34,267 nucleotides of DNA from Guillardia theta CCMP2712 (taxonomy: Eukaryota; Protista; Cryptophyta), in contig NW_005434575.1 in NCBI RefSeq assembly GCF_000315625.1, positions 1 to 34,267 on the forward strand, read 5' to 3'. Of the stretch, positions 21,432 to 32,788 are shown one piece after another; position 1 is the first letter of the stretch; each line of letters starts with the position of its first letter. The notes below the pieces were generated by a model. That model did not search any database and had not been told where the DNA came from. It saw only the letters and a program-made list of their open reading frames with translations. The position numbers and the translations under genes were made by a program.

Positions 21432-24400
21432 TCAGAGCTTCGCCTCCTTGCTTCCTATTCCAGCTGATTCCGAGCTAGACATATTTGGGAGTCCGAGGAG
21501 AGCGCGGACCTCGTCGCCTGTGAGCGTCTCCTTGTCGATCAGCTGACGACAGGGGTGAGGGGACGGGAAGGAAGGAGCACAGGCTCACATGCTTGGCGAG
21601 CAGATGAAGCTTATCCTCATGCTTCTTGAGGATCTTCTTGGCATTCTGATACGCCTGGTCGGTGAGTCTCTTCACCTCTGCGTCGATTGCCTTCCTGGTC
21701 TCTTCGCTGCGCTTCCAGTCAACAGAAAAACAGAGGAGAGGAAGAGGACCCAAGCTTCACCTGTAAGCCCCTTCCGAACTGTTTCTTCCTCCTCCTGTGA
21801 GATGCCTGTGCGCCACGTATCCCAATCGGTCGCTCATGCCCCATCGTTCCACCATGTTCATCGCTATCTGTGTCGCTTGCTCAAAGTCTGACGAAGCGCC
21901 GCTTGTCACGTTGTCGAGGCCGAAGATCAGCTCCTCAGCTACCCGCCCTCCCATGCACACGTCCATCTTCGCCATCATCTGCTTCTTGCTCCATGAGGTC
22001 TCGTCTTTGTCCGGCAGCTGCGTCACCATCCCCAGTGCCATTCCCCTGGGCACCACCGTCGCCTTGTGCACCGGGAGAGCTCCCTCTGTGAAGCAAGCTA
22101 CGATTGCATGCCCTCCCTGCGCCACTCCTTTTACACCCCTCAACTCCTCCTCCTCTTCCTCTTCTTCAGCCCCTTCCCGTCCTCACCACCTCCCTTCCCC
22201 ACTCAATTTCTTTGCAAGCAACCTCGTGGTATGCTGTCAGCTTCCTGCTCTCTTCGGTGATGACAGCGCTCTTTCTCTCGGCCCCCATCATGATTCTGTC
22301 TTTAGCGAACTCAAGATCCGCCATGCCCACCTGCCTTGACTTTCAGCGCGAGACCTGCCCCCCGCCTTTCTTCTCATACGCTCATTCCATGCCTCCTCCT
22401 CTCACTCTTGTTTTCCTTGTCGCCCTCCTCATCCCTTTCCCTTGCTGCTCCTCACCGTGGTCTTGTTGTCTTGCGAAGCCTTGATCGCAGCTATGTTTAC
22501 GACGTTGGCTAGGTCAGCACCAGAGAAACCAGGGGTCCCTGAAGACCGTGAGAGGAGGCAGGAGAGACAAAGAGGATCAACGGACCTCGAGCGACGATCT
22601 CGACGTCAACGTGCGAGTCGAGGGGAACATTCTTGAGGTGAAGTTGAAGGATCTTCAAGGCGCGTCAGGGACAAGGCGAAAGGTTAAAGTTCATCGAGAC
22701 GACCAAGAACGTGAGCGAAGCAAGAGAGAAAGTCAGAACGGACATGCAAAGCATCCAGGTCGGCAAGCACAAGCAGTTTGCAAAGCAGAGGACAAGATGA
22801 GAGAAAAGGGGAGGGGAACCTGAGTTCTGCCCTTCACGTCAGGGTTTGGAACGACGACGTGACGGTCGAAGCGGCCAGGACGAGTCAGAGCCTTATCAAG
22901 CACCTCCGGGAAGTTGGTGGCAGCGATGACCACAATGCCTCTGCCGATGCAGTCAAAGCAGCACATAGCAGACAAGAAAGGGAGAGAAGAGTAGAGCATG
23001 AGGGGTAGAAGAATCACTCGGAGGAGGAGAAGCCGTCCATCTCAGCAAGGAGCTGATTCAACGTCATCCGCATGTACTGCTGGTCCTTGGGGTTTCTGGT
23101 CGCTCCTGCGGCGCGTGAGCCGACAGAACAGACGGGAAGCGACACGAGAAGTCTGGCAAGAGGAAAGCGAGAGGAGTGGGGTCAAACAAGTGGATAAAGA
23201 AGAGGCGAGTGGAAGAGAGCAGGGCCATGAGCAAGTGCGACCGATGGCGTCGATCTCGTCGATAAAGATGATGCAGGGAGACTTCCGCTTGGCGGAGTCG
23301 AAGAGATCCCTGACCTGTTCATCTCTCAGTCCTTGACCCACTCCCCTCCTTCACCAACCCGTCGAGCGCCAACTCCGACGTACATCTCCTCGAACTCGGA
23401 GCCTGCGAGATGCTCGCGTCACTCGTCCTCTTCGTCCTCGTCCTCGTACCTGAGGCGTAGAAGAAGGGAACCCCCGCCTCTCCCGCGATTGCCTTCCACA
23501 CCTTGAGGACATGAAACGTATCCGCTCTCTCACCTTGGCCAGCAGCGTCTTGCCTGTTCCGGGAGGTCCCATGAGGAGAACACCCTTGGTCATCTTGCCG
23601 CCTAACCTGCCATGAATGCTTCATCTGACAGCTCATGCTTCATCTTTTCCGCCTTTTGCTCACCTCGTAAACTTCTCGGGACTCCGCAAGAAGTCAACGA
23701 TTTCCATAAGTTCAGCCTTGGCCTTGAGGCATGTCAGCGACGTTAGCAGGTCCTCGTTTGGCTCTCACTTCGTCGACACCAACTACATCCTTGAACGTTT
23801 TGCTGCTGTCCACCGCCTTTGCCACAATAAGCTCAGAGGCCTGAGCAGAAGCAATCCATCATCTCTATTTTCACCTGAGCAACGTTGGAGGAAGTTAAGC
23901 CGCGACTGATGCCGCGTTCCTCCATGATCGTGGTGATGCCAAGGAGAAGGAGATAACTGCGATCGACGTGAGCCCTCCCTTTCTTCTCTTCCTTCACTCA
24001 CGCCATCGCTAGGGTTCTGACAGTGCGCCATATTTGCTGCTTGAATGAAGGCTCCGCCATGGAGATCAGCAGCGGATCCTTGGATGTACCTGAGCCAGGG
24101 GCAAGAGCAGCTAGAGAGGAGGTTTGCATTGAGGCTTAAGATACACTTCAGGCCATCTGCTCCATCCCTCTTCATCAAACAAGTCACCTGAAGGGAAGCG
24201 AGCATCGAACTGCCTGTCATCCTGCTGCCTGCTCGTGAGGTCTCGCAGCGAGTTCTCGTCGCTATGGAATTCAGGTGAGCCCAGACAACCAACGAGACTC
24301 CTCGAACCTCAAGCGCGCAACATCATGCAATGGCATCTTGTCAAGACGACCGAGAAGAACCTGAAGAGCAGTTGACGCTCACGCGCTACAAGTGAGGTTC

Positions 24401-25292
24401 TCTTACGAGGGCCTTGAGGTATTCTTTCAGCACTTCGTCATTTACAGCATATTTCTTCGATTCTATCCTTTTGATGACCTGCACCGATACAACATCACTG
24501 CCAGTGTCCGAGACTCACTAACTTACGGCTTCAGGGTCGTGATTGTTCAGCTTCTTGAGATACTCCGCTTGCCTGTTCCCCGTCAGCGCCTGACCTCAAG
24601 AGTTTTGTCGCACTTGTAAGGATCCGACGCGGACTTATCAGCTTCATCCTCAAGAGCTTGCAGATGTCGTTGTTGTGTCAGTCTGTCATCGTACCCAAGC
24701 AACATAGTTAATGGTAAGCGTGGACCTGATCGCGACTATTTCTTTTCGTACCTAGTGAAAAAGAAACGGGAATGAAGCAAGCCGATGGTCTGGTTCTGAA
24801 ATGGCTTGAGAGTAACAGTGTGGTTCTGACATTGCTTGAGAGGGCTTCAAGTGCTTCAGCAATTCATCACCTGCTTTCGAGCCATTCCATGGCTCATGCT
24901 GATGGGCACTTGTCGTTGAACTGCACCTAGAACTTGGAAAGTTTTGACATGATCGTGGCGAGAACATCCTTGGCGCACTAAGAATCCTTTTCCAACCTTT
25001 TGGAACAGAGATCAGACGAGAGGCAGCGAGAGGAGAGGAGGGAGATGAAGGCGATCAGGGGATAGAGAACGATTGTCCTCAGCTGCGAGACTCTGGCACG
25101 ACGAACCAGCAAAGGAAAGGAAAGGAAAGAAAAGACGGGGAAAGAGCTGACGGGGGAGAAGAGGGAGGGTGAGGAGGAGGGAGGATAGGAGGATAGGAGG
25201 ATAGGAGGCAGGAGCAGGGTCACCTTGGCTCGCAGCTGCTTCAGCACTTCTCTTCCTCCCCGCATCGCCCCCATCATGCCGCAGCCGCGCAT
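21432..25292 (-). CDS. ftsH: ATP-dependent zinc metalloprotease, FtsH family (YME1/FtsH4-like mitochondrial i-AAA), many exons; start approximate
   Basis: Walker A GPPGTGKT, pore [14 protein letters not shown], Walker [37 protein letters not shown] split by an intron, [15 protein letters not shown]-terminal [11 protein letters not shown]...EYLKALV. Stop at 21432-21434. Confidence 0.9.
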
Positions 25293-25397
25293 GACCAGCG
25301 ATCCCTTGAAGCCTCACTTTTATGATATTTTATAACCTAAACGCACCATAATTATAGTGCTGTAACGATATCCGTAACGATCTTTGCGCCTACCCCA
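25293..25397. promoter_or_regulatory. Short AT-rich divergent intergenic region, putative bidirectional promoter
   Basis: 105 bp between two divergent ATGs; TTTTATAA and ATAATTATA; tandem GTAACGAT. Confidence 0.45.
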
Positions 25398-25991
25398 ATG
25401 CTGGCGCGATTGTTGTTTCTCTTGCCGGCTCTTTCCGCGGCCTTCGCTCCACATGCTCTCACCGGCTCGTCATCTCTTCCGCGGCAAGGCCTTGCTCTGA
25501 GGGGCGTGTGCATGTCTGCAGGTCAAGAATCCATGTACCACAAGATTGAGACCATCTTGCAAGAGGGACTGAACCCTGTGAGTTCAGTAGCAGCGCTAGC
25601 GTCTGATGCTAGATGACACAGGCTTTCAAGCCTCTGATAGCCTTTTTCAGAGTAAGATGATTATTACAGACAATTCGCATATGCATGCTGGGCATGCCGG
25701 TGTGCAAGGGAGAAGCGGGGAAACACATTTTGCGGTTGAGGTTGTGAGCGAAGCATTCGTTGGTACGAGTAAGAGTCTCTGTGTTTGTTGTTGAAGTATC
25801 TTTAGGCCTTCGACCTGTCCAGCGTCACCAGCTTGTTTACCGTTTGCTCTCTAAGCAGATGGAAGGTAGCGAGCAAGTGTATTTCCACCTCCAGACACAG
25901 AGAAACTTGACCTCAAGCAGGTGGTATGGAGAATGGAGGGATTCATGCACTGCAAATTCAAGCTCGCACTCCCGAAGAATCCCAATCATGA
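25398..25991 (+). CDS. bolA: BolA-family protein with bipartite plastid-targeting presequence, about 4 exons
   Basis: MLARLLFLLPALSAAF-AP; HAGH..ETHF.VEVVSEAF.G, VQRHQLVY, GIHALQIQARTPEE; TGA at 25989-25991. Confidence 0.88.
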
Positions 25992-26139
25992 AATTCAATA
26001 AAAGATGGGGAAGGATAAACTGTCAATGTTTGCTGACGTTAAGTTGGCTGATTGTTGTTAATTCGCTAATCATAAGAAGTAGCGAATTTTGGGGCTGCGG
26101 TTGTAAAAATCTGTTCGGCTTGTATTTGAAGCCTGGAGA

Positions 26140-26994
26140 GTACTGAGAGGAGCTCTTGCGAAGATGTTGGATGAGACTGCAGCAGTCTGACAACAAGTCA
26201 CCTGCGCATCGCCATGGGCACAGTAGATACCTCGTCTTTGCAAACCTCTTGGCCAACACCTGCAACCGCATCGACTTATGTGCTACCATGACAAAAAGCA
26301 GCATGTTACGAGTTCTAGCTGATGTGAAGCCCGAGTTCAACGAAAGCGATTGATTCCTAATAGTCGAGTCAGGTCTCGACGCGTCTCCTTTCGCCTGCCT
26401 GTTTCTCGCCACCATCAGCAGCAGTCGCATCATGTCTCCACGCTTATTTTCAGCTGCCTGTCAACATGTAAGAGGTTTTCGTCCAGTGCTTCTGCTAGAG
26501 TAGAGCCAGCGTAGCACACCACGAGTAAAGGAGTCTTGCTCGCTCGGTTTGTGGCTTGTAGATCTGCTCCATACCTATCATACAGTCGTTCAGCATTGGT
26601 GTAACGATTTGCATTTAGAACCTCAAGAGCACGGACGCTGCATCAATGCTCCCTGCAAAGGCTGCAGCATGAAGTGCTGGAAGGGCTTCAAAGTCAGATG
26701 GCGGAAAATTCCAGTGAACAATTCGGTACGTGTCCGTTGTACAGCATCCTTCGCATCCACAAGGCTTGGGTTCGAACGGAGAATCTCTTCGCATTTGGCA
26801 GAGTCGTTTGACAAACATGCGGCATGCAGGGCGAGGACTTCTTGCTGTCGCCTACTGCCTAACCCCTGACTCTCAGCTTTCGTCTCTTCTGTCCTCTCAG
26901 GAACTTTTTTGACGATAATGTTTGGCTTTGTTTCTGCAACGTTGCATGAAGTGCAAGATTCAAAGCACTTCTGCATCTCTACCAAGTTCTCCAT
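26140..26994 (-). CDS. Small ankyrin-repeat protein, multi-exon; 3' end uncertain
   Basis: ALHAACLSND..CEEIL..NP..VDAKD, PALHAAAFAGSIDAASVLL, GADLQATNRASKTPL. Confidence 0.65.
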
Positions 26995-27435
26995 GCTTGA
27001 ACTATCTTCTCCTGGCTTCGTTCTCTCCTCTCCTCACCCTCTTCTCGTATCTTTACACACTTGCCCACGCTTGAAACTTGAAAGTTTTGAAATCGGAGAA
27101 CCTACCCCTCCCCCCACTTTAAGATGTACCCCACCCCACCATATACCTCTAAACACCCCTACTTTATCATTGAAATCCACCCCTCCCTAACATGCTATAG
27201 AGTTGTGCGACGAAGGAGATGCGGAGAAGGAGAGAGGAAGATTGAGATGAGAGAAAGGAAGAGGACATGATTAGGAGACAAGAGTGACAGAACATGAAGA
27301 ATGTAGGCCAAGATCTATTCATTCGAATCGATTCAACTCATTGCAGTGAGCACACGTATGCTAGATCAGCACGGCTAGCAAGAAGCAATGCTGAGTAGGA
27401 GCGAAAAGCAAGCAAGCTTTGGCGGCAAGGGAGGG

Positions 27436-29745
27436 TCATTCTGATACTAAATAGTTGGATCCGACGTTGCCTGCATCCTTTGCGTCCAGTGCAATCAGAA
27501 AACCCTTCTCGAGCTTCCTTGCAAACCGATCGCCATCAAAGATTTCGCCATCTCTTCGCAAGTTTTTGAAAGCTTCTCTTGCACGGGCATTTGCTGCTGA
27601 TGGCCTTGCCCTCACCCAGGCTCGCGTCAGGTCGACGTAGTCGTGCGGGTCCCTGGCTATGGCACATCCGAGTCGAGAGGCGAGCAAGAGGGAGGCTGAG
27701 GGCGATCGATGTCAGTTCCCCTTGCAAGAAGCCACGCACCCTCACCTGTCACTCGTGACGCAAGACTCGTGCCCGGCAGAGCGACGATCGGGACTCCAGA
27801 CCACAAGACATCCACTGCGATGGTGTGAGCGTTGTAGAGCCTTGTGTCTAAGTAGACGTCCGATAAAGAGGTCCTCCTCATATGATCTCTCAGCGATGCT
27901 GTTCGATTCATAAAGATGATTCTCGCACTTGAAATGTTCTTCTGCTTCACAACTTGCAGGATATTTCTGCGTGCGGCTTGGTGGTACTGATACTTGACAA
28001 AGAGAAGAAATGATTGAGGGACAGACAACAGAATATGGAGCCACAAGTCCAATATGTCTGGAGTGATCTAGGAGACAAGTCACAATGACCATCGGAGACA
28101 AGTTTACCTTAAAGAAGGCGTTGAAACAGGCGAGGAGGACCCCGCTAAGCGGCAGCGAAAACTCTTGGCGGGTCGGTGGAGAAGAGAACCCTTGAGGCAT
28201 GAGATCCTTCTGGTTGTTGATGAAGTGCGAGCCTGAGGCAAGATCAGGAAGGGTTTGATTCTGAGAGTCAAACCGGGCAGTACAAGTACTCTCTCGGATA
28301 GAGTTGCGGCATGCAGGTCAGGAGGTGTCGCTACCCGATCGGTGACGAAGAGATCGATCGAAGGTCCTCCAGTGGTGGCAGCGTAGACCATGTTAACCTG
28401 AACCTCCGTCATGAACACCATCTCCCTCTCCCTTCCCCTCCTGCACTCATTTCGATTGCCTGCATTTTTCCAGGTCGATAGATGAAAATTCCATGTCTAT
28501 GATTGAGAATCATTCCAACAAGATCCACCAGAACGTCAATCTTCCAAGGACAAGAAAAGTCAGAGATGCGTGCAGGAAATGAGAACAATACCTCATGCTC
28601 GTTGATTTTGATCGCCATGTGGTAGTCTGACGTGTTGCTGAATTCAATGGCGCAAACTCGTTGCAGGTCGATGAACTCATCGGTCTCGGACAGGATCTGA
28701 AGACCATCATATGTCACCCAGCACGCGGGTCATCCCAGCACGCTCACTCTATCAACGTCCTCCTCCGAGTCCTTGTGATGATGCCCGTAGATGGCAAAAC
28801 TGTAAACTTCAAATCAAATAGAGACGACATGTAGAGGCTCGTTCCTCTTCACTTCAAAGCGAGCTCTGTCGTGTGACCTCAACAACCCGCTCACCAATCC
28901 TGGTGGGAGTGATGGTCAGCAGATGTTGGGAAACAGTTGACAACACCGTTGAGGTTCCTGGTGGGACTGAAGTTGAAGCTAACGTATCCCACCCTCACTC
29001 GACGTTTCGGGCCCAGCAACGAGGACGAGAACTTGGCGACTTTGGAAGGGAACTGCGACTGACGAGACAATAGCTTCCAGTACGTGGAGGCTACCTAGGG
29101 TAGGGTGAGAGAGCGAGCAGCTGCTGAGAGATGTACTTGTTTGCGGAGCTCGTCGGAGATAGGGGCTCTCATCCCTTGCGACATGCTCATGATGTCCTGT
29201 GGCTGGTCAGGGAGGAAGGAAGCTTTTAGAGCTGCCTCAAGCACCCTCCTTCCTCGCTCCCAGTCGGCGAAGACACAAGCTTGCTGCAAAGCATCCCACC
29301 AACGAAACAAAAATTCCAATGAGGTCGCACAGGAAGTGGGCGATTCGTGATCGTCAAGCTGGCAAAGAGCTTTCATGCCTCGCGTGAGGGCCACGTAAGC
29401 TCCGTGAGCATCATCTTGCGCGACATGAAACCATGCGAGGCCTTCATACGCCACTTGTGTCTGCCCAAGGGTGGCGAGCTCGAAGCTTGTCCTTGCCTTC
29501 CATCTCCAGTCATCTCCCGCGTTCTCACGCAGACTTGCTATGGCATAACCAAGATGATAGTGCGCGGCCGGCAGGCGGGGCCTCAGCCTTAGGGAAGTCT
29601 TGAAGCATCGGGCTGCGAGGTGATAGAGCCCCCACGTCCGGTCAGTCGCCCTCTGCAGCAGCGCTACTCCCCGATCATGCCATTCGTCCCACTTGACCAG
29701 CTGATGACCTTGCACTCGTATCCCCCAGCTGCTCACGTCGCCCAT
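27436..29745 (-). CDS. GT41 O-GlcNAc/O-fucose transferase (OGT/SEC/SPY family) with short TPR region; start uncertain
   Basis: TPR-like AARCFKTSLRLRPRLPAAHYHLG, VRVGYVSFNF, IDVLVDLVG, CFNAFFK, DVYLDTRLYNAHTIAVDVLWSGVPIVALPGTSLASRV. Confidence 0.8.
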
Positions 29746-29945
29746 CGGAGCCTGTGGGCACGACGGGAGCACAAGCGAGACATTGGTAGAGTGCTGAGCA
29801 CGTGCTGAATGAGGGGCGGAGAGGAGGAAGAGAAGGCTGGCGAAAGAACACAGAGAATGGGAGGATACAAAACGAGCGGCACCGGAGGGCACACTGATGG
29901 CAGGATAAATGAGTGCAGACAAGCGGAATGGGACGAAGCAAATGA

Positions 29946-30003
29946 CGAGGAGGAGGAGGAGGAGGAGGAGGAGGAGGAGGAGGAGGAGGAGGAGGAGGAG
30001 GAG
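29946..30003 (+). repeat. (GAG)n microsatellite
   Basis: Direct reading. Confidence 0.9.
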
Positions 30004-30300
30004 ATGAAGATGGTGATGGCAGTGGTTGTGGAGGAGGTGAAAGGCGGGTTCAACGTTTATGCTGAGAGGAGCGAATAGTTCTTGGAGCCCCATGCATGGC
30101 ACAGCAGTAGCAGCCCAAGGAGTACATGAGGACACTATCTTCTATTCAAGTAGATTGAAGATTGCTGTCCTTATTTCAAGCCTAAAGACATTCCGAGGCA
30201 GACTTGTGGTCGAACTAAACTATTTTTTTAAAAAAGAGGACGATCCCTACCACGCCATTTTGAAAGAGATGGCGGCGCAAGGAAAGACGAGGAGTTGAAC

Positions 30301-32703
30301 ATGGCAAGAGGGAGCGAGAAAGAAGACTTCTCTCTTCGAGATGAACAATCTCATGAAATATCGTCGCTAGATCGACGACTGAATCGAGCAATGTTCGTCC
30401 GGTCTGTTAGTGAAGGGATTTCGTCTCAAGTAGTTCAGAAGTGCATCTTGAGGTCGTACGAGGAGGAACACCGTCTTGTGCAAGAGAATGCCAGGCTTGC
30501 TTGCGAAGTTGAAGGGTTGAAGGCAAATGTCCGATCAGAAGAAGTTTGGAGATGTCAAATCAAAGACATTCGAGAACGAATGGCCCTCTACACGGAGGTC
30601 ATGGACGGTAAGTGCGATGCTCTAGAGGAAGGCACACAAAGGCTTGGCTGTCAGCTGAGATCGATATCCGACTGCCTGTCTGAGTTTATGAGCCACTTCT
30701 CTTGGATGCAGTTGGAAAACTATCAGCTCAAGCAGGCTGCTGAAACGTCTCAGCTGAAGGTTGCGAGTCTTGAAGCTCGAGCGGTAGAAGCTGAAGATCA
30801 ACTCAGACAGGCGATGATGCAGCAGGAGGAGCGTCGCCTTAGCAACATCGACGTGGAGGCTCTTGAAAGACAAGTAGAAGAGAAAGACGCCAACATCGCC
30901 CGCCTGCTTCATGCCTGCGATACCAAAGACGCGCAACTCGCTTGGATTGAAGCTGCAAGAGTGGCCGGGGCGCAGGAGCGTGAGGCTCTGGCACGGGCCG
31001 TGAAAGAGCTTGAACATCATCAGCTGGCGCACTCTAGGTTGGAGGAAAAGAGGAGGGAGCTAGAGGAGCGGGAGACGAGGCTCAACACTCAAGTCGCAGC
31101 GCTGAGCGAGGAGAACTCGCGACTGAGAGATGAAGTGGCGGACATGCAGCACGAGAAGCTCAAGGAAGAAAGACGAGGAGCCGAAGTGAGAGAGAAGCTG
31201 ATCCGATCTGAACAACACCTCCAGGACAAAGAAAAGCAAGCAGAGGAGGCGATGAGCGGTTGGGAAGAGGGACGAAGGCGGCAAGTTGAGTTACAGATCC
31301 AAGGAGAGAAGAGAGAGGAGGAGTTACAGAGGCTGGCAGCAGATCTAGATGAGCAGAAGAGAAGAACACGCGAGCTTGAGTCCCTCTTGTCGACATATGA
31401 GAAGAAGGAGAAGACGCTTGAAGAGCGCTGTCAAGTCTCCCTTCGACTTCTCTCTGACCTCACCGATAAGTTGAAAAAGACAGTGAGGGAAAAAGCGGAG
31501 CTGGAGGAGGCGCAGGGGAGCCTGGAGGAGAGGGTGGCGGAGGAAAGCTCTTCTCTCTTTGAGCAGCTGAGGCGAAGAGAAGGAGAGATCCGAAGGATCA
31601 CTGACCAGCTGCTGGACCTGCAGGTCAAACTCCAACGAGCGCAGGAGGGCTACGACAAGCTGTCGGTGGTCTGCAAACTGAACGATCAGAAGCTGCTGGA
31701 GAAGGAGGAGGCGATGGTGGCGCTTGCCCTCAAGGCTGAACATGCTCTCCTTGCCTCCGCCAAGTCTGAGAGCCTGGCAGCTGCTGAGCTGGCGAGCAGG
31801 AGGAGCGTCTCTCAACAAGTCGCGCGCCTCTCTATGGCCCTCGAAGAAGCGACTGAAGCGAAGGAGGCGAGGCAACGAGAGGCGGAGGAGGAGCGCGAGC
31901 GAAGTCGCTTCTTGCTGCATCAGCTGACTGAGAGCGACCTCGTCCGACAAGCCTACCAGCAGGAGAAGCTCCGACGTGAAGCAGCAGACACAGAGACGCG
32001 CGCGTGTCGAAATGAGCTGACAAGGTTGCAAGAGAAGGTCGACGCCCTCATAGCCGATAATCACATGATGGAAGCGACAAAAAAAGACCTTGCAGGTTGC
32101 TCCTGCTCTTCTTCCTCCTGCTCTTCTTCCTCCTGCTCTTCTTCCTCCTGCTCAATGAGCTTCTCAAGCTCCTTCTGCTCCTGTTGGTCTGACAAACTTC
32201 AAGGTGCGAAGTCAAAGATCGACGAAGTGGAGAAGAACAACAAGGAGATGAGCGAAGCCTTGAGAAAGACTCGAGAGAGACTCGAGGCGACTGAGAAGAA
32301 GATGAAGGAGGTGAAGGATATGAAGCAGAGGCGCGAAGAGGAGGTAACAAGGTTGCGGCATCAACTGTTGACGTTTCAAGAAGCGGACAAGAACAGGAAG
32401 GAGGAGGTCCAAGAACAATCTAACAAGGTACAGGAGCTTGCAAAGGCGACGGAGGAGATGAAGTTAAGGCTGAAAGCAAGCGAGACAGCTCTGACCAAGG
32501 CGAAGGGAGAGAACTCAGCGTTGATGAAGGAGTTGGAGGACATAGGGAGGAGGAAGAAGGAGACGCAGAGCAAGTTGGAAGCAGAGCAGGCGAGGAGAAG
32601 GAAAGAAATGTCAGCGATGGAGATTGAGATGCATAAGACTCAGCTGCGACTTGAACATTCTTTGTTGCGGTCTAAAATCAAATCAAGCAAGTCGATGACG
32701 TGA
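30301..32703 (+). CDS. Long coiled-coil protein of unknown function
   Basis: About 800-codon E/K/R/L/Q-rich ORF. The Ser/Cys run at about 32096-32203 is probably an in-frame GT-AG intron. Confidence 0.75.
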   Translation: MARGSEKEDFSLRDEQSHEISSLDRRLNRAMFVRSVSEGISSQVVQKCILRSYEEEHRLVQENARLACEVEGLKANVRSEEVWRCQIKDIRERMALYTEVMDGKCDALEEGTQRLGCQLRSISDCLSEFMSHFSWMQLENYQLKQAAETSQLKVASLEARAVEAEDQLRQAMMQQEERRLSNIDVEALERQVEEKDANIARLLHACDTKDAQLAWIEAARVAGAQEREALARAVKELEHHQLAHSRLEEKRRELEERETRLNTQVAALSEENSRLRDEVADMQHEKLKEERRGAEVREKLIRSEQHLQDKEKQAEEAMSGWEEGRRRQVELQIQGEKREEELQRLAADLDEQKRRTRELESLLSTYEKKEKTLEERCQVSLRLLSDLTDKLKKTVREKAELEEAQGSLEERVAEESSSLFEQLRRREGEIRRITDQLLDLQVKLQRAQEGYDKLSVVCKLNDQKLLEKEEAMVALALKAEHALLASAKSESLAAAELASRRSVSQQVARLSMALEEATEAKEARQREAEEERERSRFLLHQLTESDLVRQAYQQEKLRREAADTETRACRNELTRLQEKVDALIADNHMMEATKKDLAGCSCSSSSCSSSSCSSSSCSMSFSSSFCSCWSDKLQGAKSKIDEVEKNNKEMSEALRKTRERLEATEKKMKEVKDMKQRREEEVTRLRHQLLTFQEADKNRKEEVQEQSNKVQELAKATEEMKLRLKASETALTKAKGENSALMKELEDIGRRKKETQSKLEAEQARRRKEMSAMEIEMHKTQLRLEHSLLRSKIKSSKSMT

Positions 32704-32788
32704 GAGGAGCGGATCCAATGCGAGGATGTGAATGAAGGCAAAACTAAACCCCGAACTTCAAATCTTCAAACGCATGTTCTGTGTGCTT

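Noticed and set aside
32096-32203. Cys/Ser-rich metal-binding domain in the coiled-coil protein
   Set aside because: Pyrimidine-rich tandem repeat bounded by GT..AG, 108 bp; more likely an in-frame intron
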